Shown here piece by piece: positions 55,740 to 62,332 of a DNA stretch of 64,000 nucleotides. Origin of the DNA: a virus. Taxonomy: Duplodnaviria > Caudoviricetes. Each line of letters starts with the position of its first letter. Position 1 is the first letter of the stretch. The notes beneath the pieces were generated by a model. That model was not told the DNA's origin. It saw only the letters and a program-made list of their open reading frames with translations, and searched no databases. The position numbers and the translations under genes are program-made. Where the stretch lies: the IMG/VR virus record IMGVR_UViG_3300029288_005816, positions 1 to 64,000 of that record; one strand, written 5' to 3'.

Positions 55740-56891
55740 ATGGAAAAATTAACAACAAAAGAGTTTATTGAAAAAGCTCAAAAAATTCATGGAGATAAAT
55801 TTGATTACTCATTGGTTAAATATGTAAACAACAAAATAAAAGTAAAAATTATTTGCAAAGAGCACGGAGAGTTTGAACAACAACCGTCAACTCATTTACT
55901 GGGTCGTAGCGGATGTAAAAAATGCCATATAAATTCAATACGTAGCAATACGGAAGAATTTATACAAAAAGCGAAAGATATTCATGGAGATAAGTGTGAT
56001 TATTCATTGGTCGAATATGTTGGTAGCAAAGTAAAAGTAAAAATAATTTGTAAAGAACACGGGATATTTGAGCAAACTCCAGTCATGCACATGGCAGGAC
56101 AAAATTGCCCCAAATGTTCAATAGCTGCTAAATTTACTCAAAAGAAATTCGTAGAAAAAGCAAAAGCCATTCACGGAGATAAATATGATTATTCAGAAAC
56201 TATATATAATGGAGCAGAACATAGTGTAAAAATATTTTGTAAAAAATGTAATAATACTTTTGTACAGGTCGCATCTTCCCATATGAAAGGATGGGGATGT
56301 AATGAATGTTCAAAAAAAGCCCACACATTATCTGTAGAAGAATTTATTAACAGAGCCATTAAAAAACATGGTGATAAATATGATTATTCGAGTGTTAACT
56401 ATAAAAGAATGGATGTTAAAGTTGATATTTTTTGTAAAAAATGCAAAAAATATTTTCAACAAACTCCGCACAATCATATGTTTTATGGATGTAAGAATTG
56501 CTCTTCTTCCGACGAGTCAAAAGGAGAAAAAGAAATAAAAAATTTTTTGGAAAAATTAAACATTTCATTTATACAACAAAAAATGTTTGATGATTGTAAA
56601 AATATAAATAAATTGCCCTTTGATTTCTACTTACCACATTTTAACACGTGTATAGAATTTGATGGAAAGCAACACTTTAAACCCATTGGACATTGGGGCG
56701 GTGAAGATGGGTTAAAATCTATACAAAAAAGAGATAAAATAAAAACAGAATATTGTAAATTAAACAATATTCCACTTATTAGGATTTCTTATAAAGATAA
56801 TATTGAATATATTTTAAATAAGACGCTTCAAAATTTCGGCTGTCATCCTGGCGTCATCGACTCCACGATGCATAACACCATCAAATTCTAA
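55740..56891 (+). CDS. free-standing endonuclease with DUF723-like repeats and PD-(D/E)xK/Vsr-like domain
   Basis: 4x HGDKYDYS repeats; LPFDFYL..CIEFDGKQHF. Confidence 0.8.
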   Translation: MEKLTTKEFIEKAQKIHGDKFDYSLVKYVNNKIKVKIICKEHGEFEQQPSTHLLGRSGCKKCHINSIRSNTEEFIQKAKDIHGDKCDYSLVEYVGSKVKVKIICKEHGIFEQTPVMHMAGQNCPKCSIAAKFTQKKFVEKAKAIHGDKYDYSETIYNGAEHSVKIFCKKCNNTFVQVASSHMKGWGCNECSKKAHTLSVEEFINRAIKKHGDKYDYSSVNYKRMDVKVDIFCKKCKKYFQQTPHNHMFYGCKNCSSSDESKGEKEIKNFLEKLNISFIQQKMFDDCKNINKLPFDFYLPHFNTCIEFDGKQHFKPIGHWGGEDGLKSIQKRDKIKTEYCKLNNIPLIRISYKDNIEYILNKTLQNFGCHPGVIDSTMHNTIKF

Positions 56892-57362
56892 ACCCAACTG
56901 CTTAAGTGCATTTGATACACTTGTAGATGTCTTTTCTCCTCTTTTAAAAGCATACCATTCTTTAAGGTTAAAATGTGTTTTTCCAAAGGGATATTTTATT
57001 TTTTTTTCATAACATTCTGATTCTAAAATAATTCTATCATAGTCTCCCCAACTAAACCACATGCGTCGGTCACTTTGATACTCATCGACCAAAATTTTGC
57101 ATGCCTTCTTAAAAGATATTCCTTCTTTATCTACTAATTCTTGGGTGATGGTAGTTAACTTTGTGCAAAACGGACTTATTTCGGAAAACTGCGGTTTAAT
57201 AATTATGCTTCTTGACCCTATTGTTTCTTTTGAAAAATAGTCGACTTGTGCGATACCGATTTCAATTATTTCTTTTGACATTCCTACTGGAATTGGCGAC
57301 ATCCAACAGCAAGCCTCGACATCAATTACTAAAACGAAAGTGTTAATTTTTTCTTTTCTCAT
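56814..57362 (-). CDS. DEDDh 3'-5' exonuclease (ERI-1/KapD-like)
   Basis: IDVEACC, EIIEIG, SWGDYD, HRGVDDA. Confidence 0.88.
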   Translation of the reverse strand: MRKEKINTFVLVIDVEACCWMSPIPVGMSKEIIEIGIAQVDYFSKETIGSRSIIIKPQFSEISPFCTKLTTITQELVDKEGISFKKACKILVDEYQSDRRMWFSWGDYDRIILESECYEKKIKYPFGKTHFNLKEWYAFKRGEKTSTSVSNALKQLGLEFDGVMHRGVDDARMTAEILKRLI

Positions 57363-57918
57363 AAACTTTTATATATTTTGGAGGTACTTCATCTGTAAGA
57401 TAAACATTGTTATCTGTCTTATAAAATTTATATCCCTCATTGCACATTTGTTTTGCTTCTATCACCAATACTACTGATTCAACACCTTTTTGGTGTCTTG
57501 ACCCTGTGTCTTTTGCTTTATTCATATTTTCTTCTGAATATAAATGAACATGATGTCTATTCATTTTTTTAAGCCCTTCTTTCATAATAGAAGGCATAAA
57601 TCTTGGAGCTGTGCCATGATATAATTTAAATGGAGGAATAATAGCTGATAATTGCAAATCCACTTCTATTGAGTGCCCCTGATTTGCTTTTATAAGCTTT
57701 TTATCATCACTAAATTTAAATCTTTGTTTATCAGAAGTTTTTACAACTTCTTCTAAATCTTCAAATGTGAATTCTATTTTGTTTTGAGATTTTTTTATAA
57801 GTAAATCTACATCTGCCCATCCATTTTTATCCAATATTATTCCAATAGAAGATGGATTGTGCCGCAACACATAAGATAAGTGTTTGCTAATTTTTGTTAT
57901 TTTTTCTTTATAAATCAT
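57343..57918 (-). CDS. kptA: RNA 2'-phosphotransferase Tpt1/KptA
   Basis: ISKHLSYVLRH, DKQRF, ANQGHS, LYHGT, RHHVHL, NNVYLT. Confidence 0.93.
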   Translation of the reverse strand: MIYKEKITKISKHLSYVLRHNPSSIGIILDKNGWADVDLLIKKSQNKIEFTFEDLEEVVKTSDKQRFKFSDDKKLIKANQGHSIEVDLQLSAIIPPFKLYHGTAPRFMPSIMKEGLKKMNRHHVHLYSEENMNKAKDTGSRHQKGVESVVLVIEAKQMCNEGYKFYKTDNNVYLTDEVPPKYIKVYEKRKN

Positions 57919-57958
57919 AATGGCAAAAATACACAAAAATTATTAAATAAAAAAATTT

Positions 57959-58186
57959 TTAAGATATAAAATGATTATATAAGCCAATCGGATTTTGATT
58001 TGGTGCCAAACCAGAAACTTGCCCAGTTGCATCTTTTTTAGTATTCTTAATAATAGAACAGTCAATATTAATATCTTCAGAAATACTCTCTCCATTAATA
58101 GAAATTTGTTTATTCTTTAGTCTAGCTTTGATATCCTGGCTAAATAATCCTTGTTGTTTTAATATTTCTGATAATTTTATTAACAT
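57959..58186 (-). CDS. hypothetical protein
   Basis: Operonic ORF. Confidence 0.55.
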   Translation of the reverse strand: MLIKLSEILKQQGLFSQDIKARLKNKQISINGESISEDINIDCSIIKNTKKDATGQVSGLAPNQNPIGLYNHFIS

Positions 58187-58201
58187 ATATCTTGGTTTAA
58201 T

Positions 58202-58387
58202 TTAAAATGGTAACATTTCTTTTTTATAAAAAGTCAATTGTTTCATTTTATTTAAAGTAATAAATTTTTTATTCATCCAATAACCTTTTGTGTAATTTAA
58301 AATAGTTAATTTAATTTGCCTACCAAATTTAGAATATAATTTTTTATTTTCGAAATAATACCCTTGAAACTCTTTTATAAAAACCAT
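58202..58387 (-). CDS. hypothetical protein
   Basis: Operonic ORF next to array edge. Confidence 0.55.
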   Translation of the reverse strand: MVFIKEFQGYYFENKKLYSKFGRQIKLTILNYTKGYWMNKKFITLNKMKQLTFYKKEMLPF

Positions 58388-58410
58388 ATTCTATACTTTA
58401 AAATTATGAT

Positions 58411-58460
58411 AATTAACACAATAAGATATAGACTAAAGTGCGATTATCCACGAGTTATGT
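58411..58460 (+). repeat. degenerate attC0 (left array border)
   Basis: R' GTTATGTGCC at 58454 complements GGCACATAAC at 58737; left arm folds poorly. Confidence 0.45.
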
Positions 58461-58464
58461 GCCA

Positions 58465-58719
58465 TTAACCGATAACATCGTGAATTGACGGCACTCTTGG
58501 TAATAGCTTCCGCATCAATGAGAAAAAACTTCTGTATTCCTCAATCTGCTTTTCCTGTTGTTGAAGTTTGCTTTCCAAATCAACTATGTGTTTGTGTGCC
58601 AAAAACCATTCATTCAATTTACCACTTTCGTCTTTTGAAGTAATGTGTTTTTTTAATTCAGCATACTTGTCGGCACACTCTTTTTTCCCCATTGCTGCTC
58701 CGTGGTCATAATAAGCCAT
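58465..58719 (-). CDS. cassette 1 hypothetical protein
   Basis: ORF enclosed by complementary core sites. Confidence 0.7.
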   Translation of the reverse strand: MAYYDHGAAMGKKECADKYAELKKHITSKDESGKLNEWFLAHKHIVDLESKLQQQEKQIEEYRSFFSLMRKLLPRVPSIHDVIG

Positions 58720-58739
58720 ATCTTTCTAAGTTTAACGGC

Positions 58740-58836
58740 ACATAACAAGGTATATATGTTATACGCCAATGAAGTGTCGTACTTAATTTTAAAACTTTAT
58801 GGTCAGGCGTACAACACATATACCCAACCGTTATAG
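58740..58836 (+). repeat. attC1
   Basis: TAAC-AA-[19-nt arm]...[19-nt arm]-CAACC-GTTA; arms pair 17/19. Confidence 0.85.
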
Positions 58837-58853
58837 GTAATAAAATTTACTAC

Positions 58854-59078
58854 CTACATTCCAATACTTTCATCATATTTAAAGCTAATCAATATAATCG
58901 GTAAAAAAACAATTATTATTACCGTCCAAAAAATTAACAATATACCCATCATCCCACCAATGAAATATTTACCAAATAACGTAAATTCCATTTCATCAAT
59001 GAACTCAAAAAACATACTTTTCCAATAATGTTTGATAATGTTCCAACTTCGTAATAATTGTTTTTTTATAAATTTCAT
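58854..59078 (-). CDS. cassette 2 membrane protein
   Basis: One TM segment; enclosed by GTTATAGGTA/TACCTATAAC. Confidence 0.7.
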   Translation of the reverse strand: MKFIKKQLLRSWNIIKHYWKSMFFEFIDEMEFTLFGKYFIGGMMGILLIFWTVIIIVFLPIILISFKYDESIGM

Positions 59079-59098
59079 AACCCGTAAATTTTACATAC

Positions 59099-59194
59099 CT
59101 ATAACAAAGTGTATAAGTAATGTGGCTAAATTAATTTATCTATAAGTTGAAAGTATGTGCAAAGCCACACTACTCATACACTCAACCGTTAGTA
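59099..59194 (+). repeat. attC2
   Basis: TAAC-AAA-[GTGTATAAGTAATGTGGCT]...[AGCCACACTACTCATACAC]-TCAACC-GTTA; 17/19. Confidence 0.88.
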
Positions 59195-59200
59195 GTAATT

Positions 59201-59407
59201 TTATTTACAATCAAATTTACTATCAAACCACTTATTAAAGTCCTCATATACGCTATTTTCGCCATCCTCACCATAATCAGCGCCTAATTGAACTCCTGCT
59301 GAAAATGCTCTTTGCAAATCATCCTTAGTAAAACTACTACTAACATCAGATATATTCAATTTTTTATCTGAGTCATCAACTCCTATGTTTTTATTTACAT
59401 CTTTCAT
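59201..59407 (-). CDS. cassette 3 hypothetical protein (start lies inside attC3)
   Basis: N-terminus KLNISDVSSS encoded by attC arm. Confidence 0.7.
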   Translation of the reverse strand: MKDVNKNIGVDDSDKKLNISDVSSSFTKDDLQRAFSAGVQLGADYGEDGENSVYEDFNKWFDSKFDCK

Positions 59408-59465
59408 TTTATTTAATTTTTGTGTTATTAATTAAGAAAACTGAATATATCTGTAACCGTTATAA
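59338..59465 (+). repeat. attC3
   Basis: 12-bp perfect arms CAGATATATTCA/TGAATATATCTG. Confidence 0.8.
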
Positions 59466-59480
59466 AACATTAAAACGATT

Positions 59481-59614
59481 TTATAACAAAGTATATAAAT
59501 AATGGTGATGTGGAGTCGAACCACCTACTCGAAGTCTCACCTGAAATTTAGGACTCGAACCTACTACTCGAAGTCTCACCGAACCACCACTATTCATATA
59601 CTCAACCGTTATAA
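59481..59614 (+). repeat. attC4 of ORF-less cassette; loop contains a 30-nt duplication
   Basis: Arms 15/17; units at 59512-59541 and 59551-59580. Confidence 0.85.
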
Positions 59615-59923
59615 TCAAAACTTCCTCCAGTCTAAATATTGTAGCTTTATCTCATTTGAGAAAAATTTAATGTCATTATCATAATCTTTTCGATTTCTTG
59701 AATCCCAAATTAAAACACCACCAGTTATAATAATACCATTTACCATTAATCTATCTCCCTTAACAATTTCAATCTGTAAGCCATTAAATTTTTCTCTTAA
59801 ACGAGTTCGTATTTCCAATTGATATTCCGTCAATTTATCCGTACTGATTATAACATCAGATATAACCAATTTAGGTTTCTGTGATTTAATCAAGTTAAGT
59901 TTTTCTAATAATCTTTTTATCAT
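59615..59923 (-). CDS. cassette 5 hypothetical protein (start inside attC5)
   Basis: KLVISDVIIS encoded by attC arm. Confidence 0.7.
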   Translation of the reverse strand: MIKRLLEKLNLIKSQKPKLVISDVIISTDKLTEYQLEIRTRLREKFNGLQIEIVKGDRLMVNGIIITGGVLIWDSRNRKDYDNDIKFFSNEIKLQYLDWRKF

Positions 59924-59979
59924 ATTTTAAGTTTTTGTATTTCAATTCCTAAACTGGTTATATCTGAGAACCGTTAGCA
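59848..59979 (+). repeat. attC5
   Basis: Arms CAGATATAACCAATTTAGG/CCTAAACTGGTTATATCTG 18/19. Confidence 0.85.
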
Positions 59980-60213
59980 ACAATGTTTTATGACCATAAC
60001 ACTTCCATATAAACCAACCGCCTCAGTAAGCATACTTTTAAAAAGCCTACATTCGTTGCTATTATAGCCTTTTTTTGCTACATAATTATCTAGTTTTTGT
60101 TGAAAGTCATCAGGCAATTGACTTTTTAAAAATTCCTGTGCATCTTTCCAAAAATCAACACTGTTGCTAACATCACGTATAGCACATTGCTGTTTGTTCT
60201 TCGTATTTTTCAT
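59974..60213 (-). CDS. cassette 6 hypothetical protein (stop in core site, start inside attC6)
   Basis: QQCAIRDVSNS; TAA is the complement of the TTA in GTTAGCAACA. Confidence 0.7.
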   Translation of the reverse strand: MKNTKNKQQCAIRDVSNSVDFWKDAQEFLKSQLPDDFQQKLDNYVAKKGYNSNECRLFKSMLTEAVGLYGSVMVIKHCC

Positions 60214-60287
60214 CGTAAATAATTTTTAAGTTTGTAATTCTAATTAAGTTATACATAAACAACGTTCCATACACGCAGCCATTATAG
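60165..60287 (+). repeat. attC6 (partly degenerate, R' = ATT)
   Basis: TGTTGCTAAC complements GTTAGCAACA; imperfect arms. Confidence 0.65.
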
Positions 60288-60297
60288 GTAATAAAAT

Positions 60298-60444
60298 TTA
60301 CTTGCCATAAATCTTTGTTAAACCTTCTTGTTCTCTTTTAGATTTACATTTATCACAATATTTCATCGTCCAAGCAGTTCCCTTGCTTTGAATAAGCCAT
60401 TCACTTGTTGCTTTTTTTCCACAATTACATTTTCCGTGCATCAT
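60298..60444 (-). CDS. cassette 7 small zinc-finger-like protein
   Basis: MMHGKCNCG...YCDKC; start placed by analogy with the cassette 2 leader. Confidence 0.55.
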   Translation of the reverse strand: MMHGKCNCGKKATSEWLIQSKGTAWTMKYCDKCKSKREQEGLTKIYGK

Positions 60445-60463
60445 ATCCGTAAATTTTACATAC

Positions 60464-60485
60464 CTATTACGACCAACCGTTATAA
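60464..60485 (+). repeat. collapsed attC7 (arms deleted)
   Basis: TACCTATTAC-GACCAACC-GTTATAA. Confidence 0.65.
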
Positions 60486-60752
60486 ACAAGTTTGTTTAAT
60501 TCTTTCAATTTCACTTTTCATCATTTGTTGTGGCGTATGATATTTTTCACAAATTTCACATTGCCAAGTGCCAGACCCAACAAAAGCAACTGGAATACCA
60601 CAGCAAATTCCAGCGAAAAAATCTAATTTATCATTCGTGTCACAAACCTGGTTTATAATACCAAATAAACTCAATAAAAAGTTTTGTGCTTCTATTTCAG
60701 TTATACAACCTTGTTCAAGGTCTTTTGCTATTTTTAATATTTGTTCTTTCAT
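60480..60752 (-). CDS. cassette 8 hypothetical protein with zinc ribbon (start inside attC8)
   Basis: LLSLFGIINQ; CCG..WQCEIC; stop in core site. Confidence 0.7.
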   Translation of the reverse strand: MKEQILKIAKDLEQGCITEIEAQNFLLSLFGIINQVCDTNDKLDFFAGICCGIPVAFVGSGTWQCEICEKYHTPQQMMKSEIERIKQTCL

Positions 60753-60785
60753 ATCTTTTACTGTGTTTATTTGTAACTATTAGAC
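60653..60785 (+). repeat. attC8 (degenerate cores TAAT/ATTA)
   Basis: Arms CAAATAAACTCAATAAAAA/CTTTTACTGTGTTTATTTG. Confidence 0.65.
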
Positions 60786-60794
60786 ACAATACTA

Positions 60795-60977
60795 CTATAC
60801 TTTTTTATAGATTGAGTTAAAATCCCTATCAGAAATGAATTGTCTTTTGCCTCTGTATAAGTAAAATATCAAATCAGTTCCTCTTTGTTTATTAGTTCCC
60901 TTTTTTATGTTATATTCATTTCCTGTTTGGATATTTTTATATCTTCCAAATTCTCTGATGTTACTAAGTTTTTCCAT
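60795..60977 (-). CDS. hypothetical protein
   Basis: Short ORF continuing the array. Confidence 0.6.
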   Translation of the reverse strand: MEKLSNIREFGRYKNIQTGNEYNIKKGTNKQRGTDLIFYLYRGKRQFISDRDFNSIYKKV

Positions 60978-61019
60978 AATTTACAGTATTGCGCCAATTA
61001 ATATAAATATCAAAAATGC

Positions 61020-61196
61020 TTATAATACACTTTTTTTAAATTTATACATTTCATGGTTATGAAATTCATATTCCATTCTTTTATAGTCTTTAAATAAACT
61101 TTTTACTTCTCTTACTTCTAAACACTTGAATTTCCTAATACAATTTCCATAATAGTAAAATTGCCCTATTTCTAAATCATTTATAGTTAAACCCAT
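61020..61196 (-). CDS. hypothetical protein (58 aa, not in ORF track)
   Basis: Hand translation MGLTINDLEIGQFYYY...KKSVL. Confidence 0.55.
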   Translation of the reverse strand: MGLTINDLEIGQFYYYGNCIRKFKCLEVREVKSLFKDYKRMEYEFHNHEMYKFKKSVL

Positions 61197-61228
61197 ATAT
61201 TTAAGTATTTTAAAATTTTCTAGTATAA

Positions 61229-61510
61229 TTATAGCATTACTTTATATACCAACATTGTGTCTGAAAAATGAGACCTGTTTCCATCTATTAGCCTGAAAGC
61301 ATTTTCAAAGACGCCTTCCCACTCTGTTGGAATTGGTTCTGTCTTTTTAAAAACATAAGCTCCCTTACGAAATCCTCCATGTCCACTATCATCTCCATCT
61401 ATTGGAAAATCTACAAAATGTTCGTATACTTTTAATTCTCCGAACGTTAATGGCTTCGACATTGTAGTTCTAGCCAGCACATTTTTATTGGACTCTTTAT
61501 TTTTTTTCAT
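61229..61510 (-). CDS. hypothetical protein
   Basis: LTFGELKVYEHFVDFPIDGDDSGHGGF. Confidence 0.65.
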   Translation of the reverse strand: MKKNKESNKNVLARTTMSKPLTFGELKVYEHFVDFPIDGDDSGHGGFRKGAYVFKKTEPIPTEWEGVFENAFRLIDGNRSHFSDTMLVYKVML

Positions 61511-61533
61511 TGTTATATTTTATAATAATTTTA

Positions 61534-61719
61534 TTAAATATATCGTACAATTTTATCTTTTTCTCCATTAAGAGCATTTTTGGCATATTCTTCAGCTTGT
61601 ACAACCATCCTGTCCATGCAAGTTTTTTTATCTTCGCATCCATATGTGTTTGAGACCAGCCTTAATGCTTCTTTTATGGATTCAAGTTGAAATTTATAAA
61701 TAGTTATTTTTTCCATCAT
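61534..61719 (-). CDS. hypothetical protein
   Basis: KITIYKFQLESIKEALRL. Confidence 0.6.
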   Translation of the reverse strand: MMEKITIYKFQLESIKEALRLVSNTYGCEDKKTCMDRMVVQAEEYAKNALNGEKDKIVRYI

Positions 61720-61727
61720 TATTTATT

Positions 61728-62045
61728 TTATGCAAGCAATTCAAAATCGTACATGACCCCATTTCCAACGTATGACAAACAAACATAATCATTATCATTC
61801 CAGATGTCAATTTCATATCTCAACTCTTCATCATTCCAATCAAATGACCCAATTAATTCTTTGTGTTCATGAAGTTCTCTCATAAATTTAAATTTGAAAC
61901 GTTGCCCTTCCTTTATTGACTTTCCATTTTTGTCTTCCCTTACAATGGTAAGTTGTTCTATTTTTGTCTCTAAATCATTAATTGTTTCAGTGCATTCGAT
62001 GTATTTTCCACCGATTTTTGCATATACTTTACCTTTGTATTCCAT
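61728..62045 (-). CDS. YopX-like protein
   Basis: DKNGKSIKEGQRF. Confidence 0.5.
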   Translation of the reverse strand: MEYKGKVYAKIGGKYIECTETINDLETKIEQLTIVREDKNGKSIKEGQRFKFKFMRELHEHKELIGSFDWNDEELRYEIDIWNDNDYVCLSYVGNGVMYDFELLA

Positions 62046-62071
62046 TTTATTGTGTAAATTTTTATTTAATT

Positions 62072-62095
62072 ATACGTATTTTTTGGCTATTTGTT
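62072..62095 (-). promoter_or_regulatory. ECF-like promoter AAC-N16-CGTAT (would transcribe into the cassette array)
   Basis: TGTAAC...ACGTATAA. Confidence 0.7.
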
Positions 62096-62308
62096 ACAAA
62101 TTGCATATGTGTTTAAAAACCATTTTGGGTTATTTATTACTTCCTCTTTTGTAAAATTATACATTTTTAATTTACCTTCAATGACTTCTTCATCAGTCAT
62201 TGAGTAATAAAAATTGCCATTAATATCTTCTTTAAATATTCTGCCTTTAGGACAATTTGGTAACTTCTTTATTAATATTAATTTTCTTTGTTTTTCCATA
62301 TATTTCAA
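62087..62308 (-). CDS. hypothetical protein
   Basis: First ORF after promoter at 62333. Confidence 0.6.
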   Translation of the reverse strand: MKYMEKQRKLILIKKLPNCPKGRIFKEDINGNFYYSMTDEEVIEGKLKMYNFTKEEVINNPKWFLNTYAICNK

Positions 62309-62332
62309 AATAAAGTTTATATTACATATTTT

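Larger units (their letters stand above)
58454..60787 (+). mobile_element. integron-like gene cassette array (CALIN-like; no integrase in window), at least 8 cassettes with inverted ORFs
   Basis: Each cassette begins (G/A)TT... and ends in the reverse-complement ...AA(C/T); attC hairpins lie between cassettes. Confidence 0.85.

Noticed and set aside
59512-59585. Possible CRISPR mini-array
   Set aside because: Only two 30-nt copies with a 9-nt gap, inside an attC loop; no spacer-length unique sequences and no cas genes in the window.
59495-59600. Possible intact tRNA gene
   Set aside because: T-loop-like motifs are present but I could not build D and anticodon arms; kept only as a tRNA-like fragment.
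62087-62100. GTTACAA as another attC core site
   Set aside because: Better explained as the AAC element of the promoter at 62072-62095 (exact 16-nt spacing); no partner arm found.
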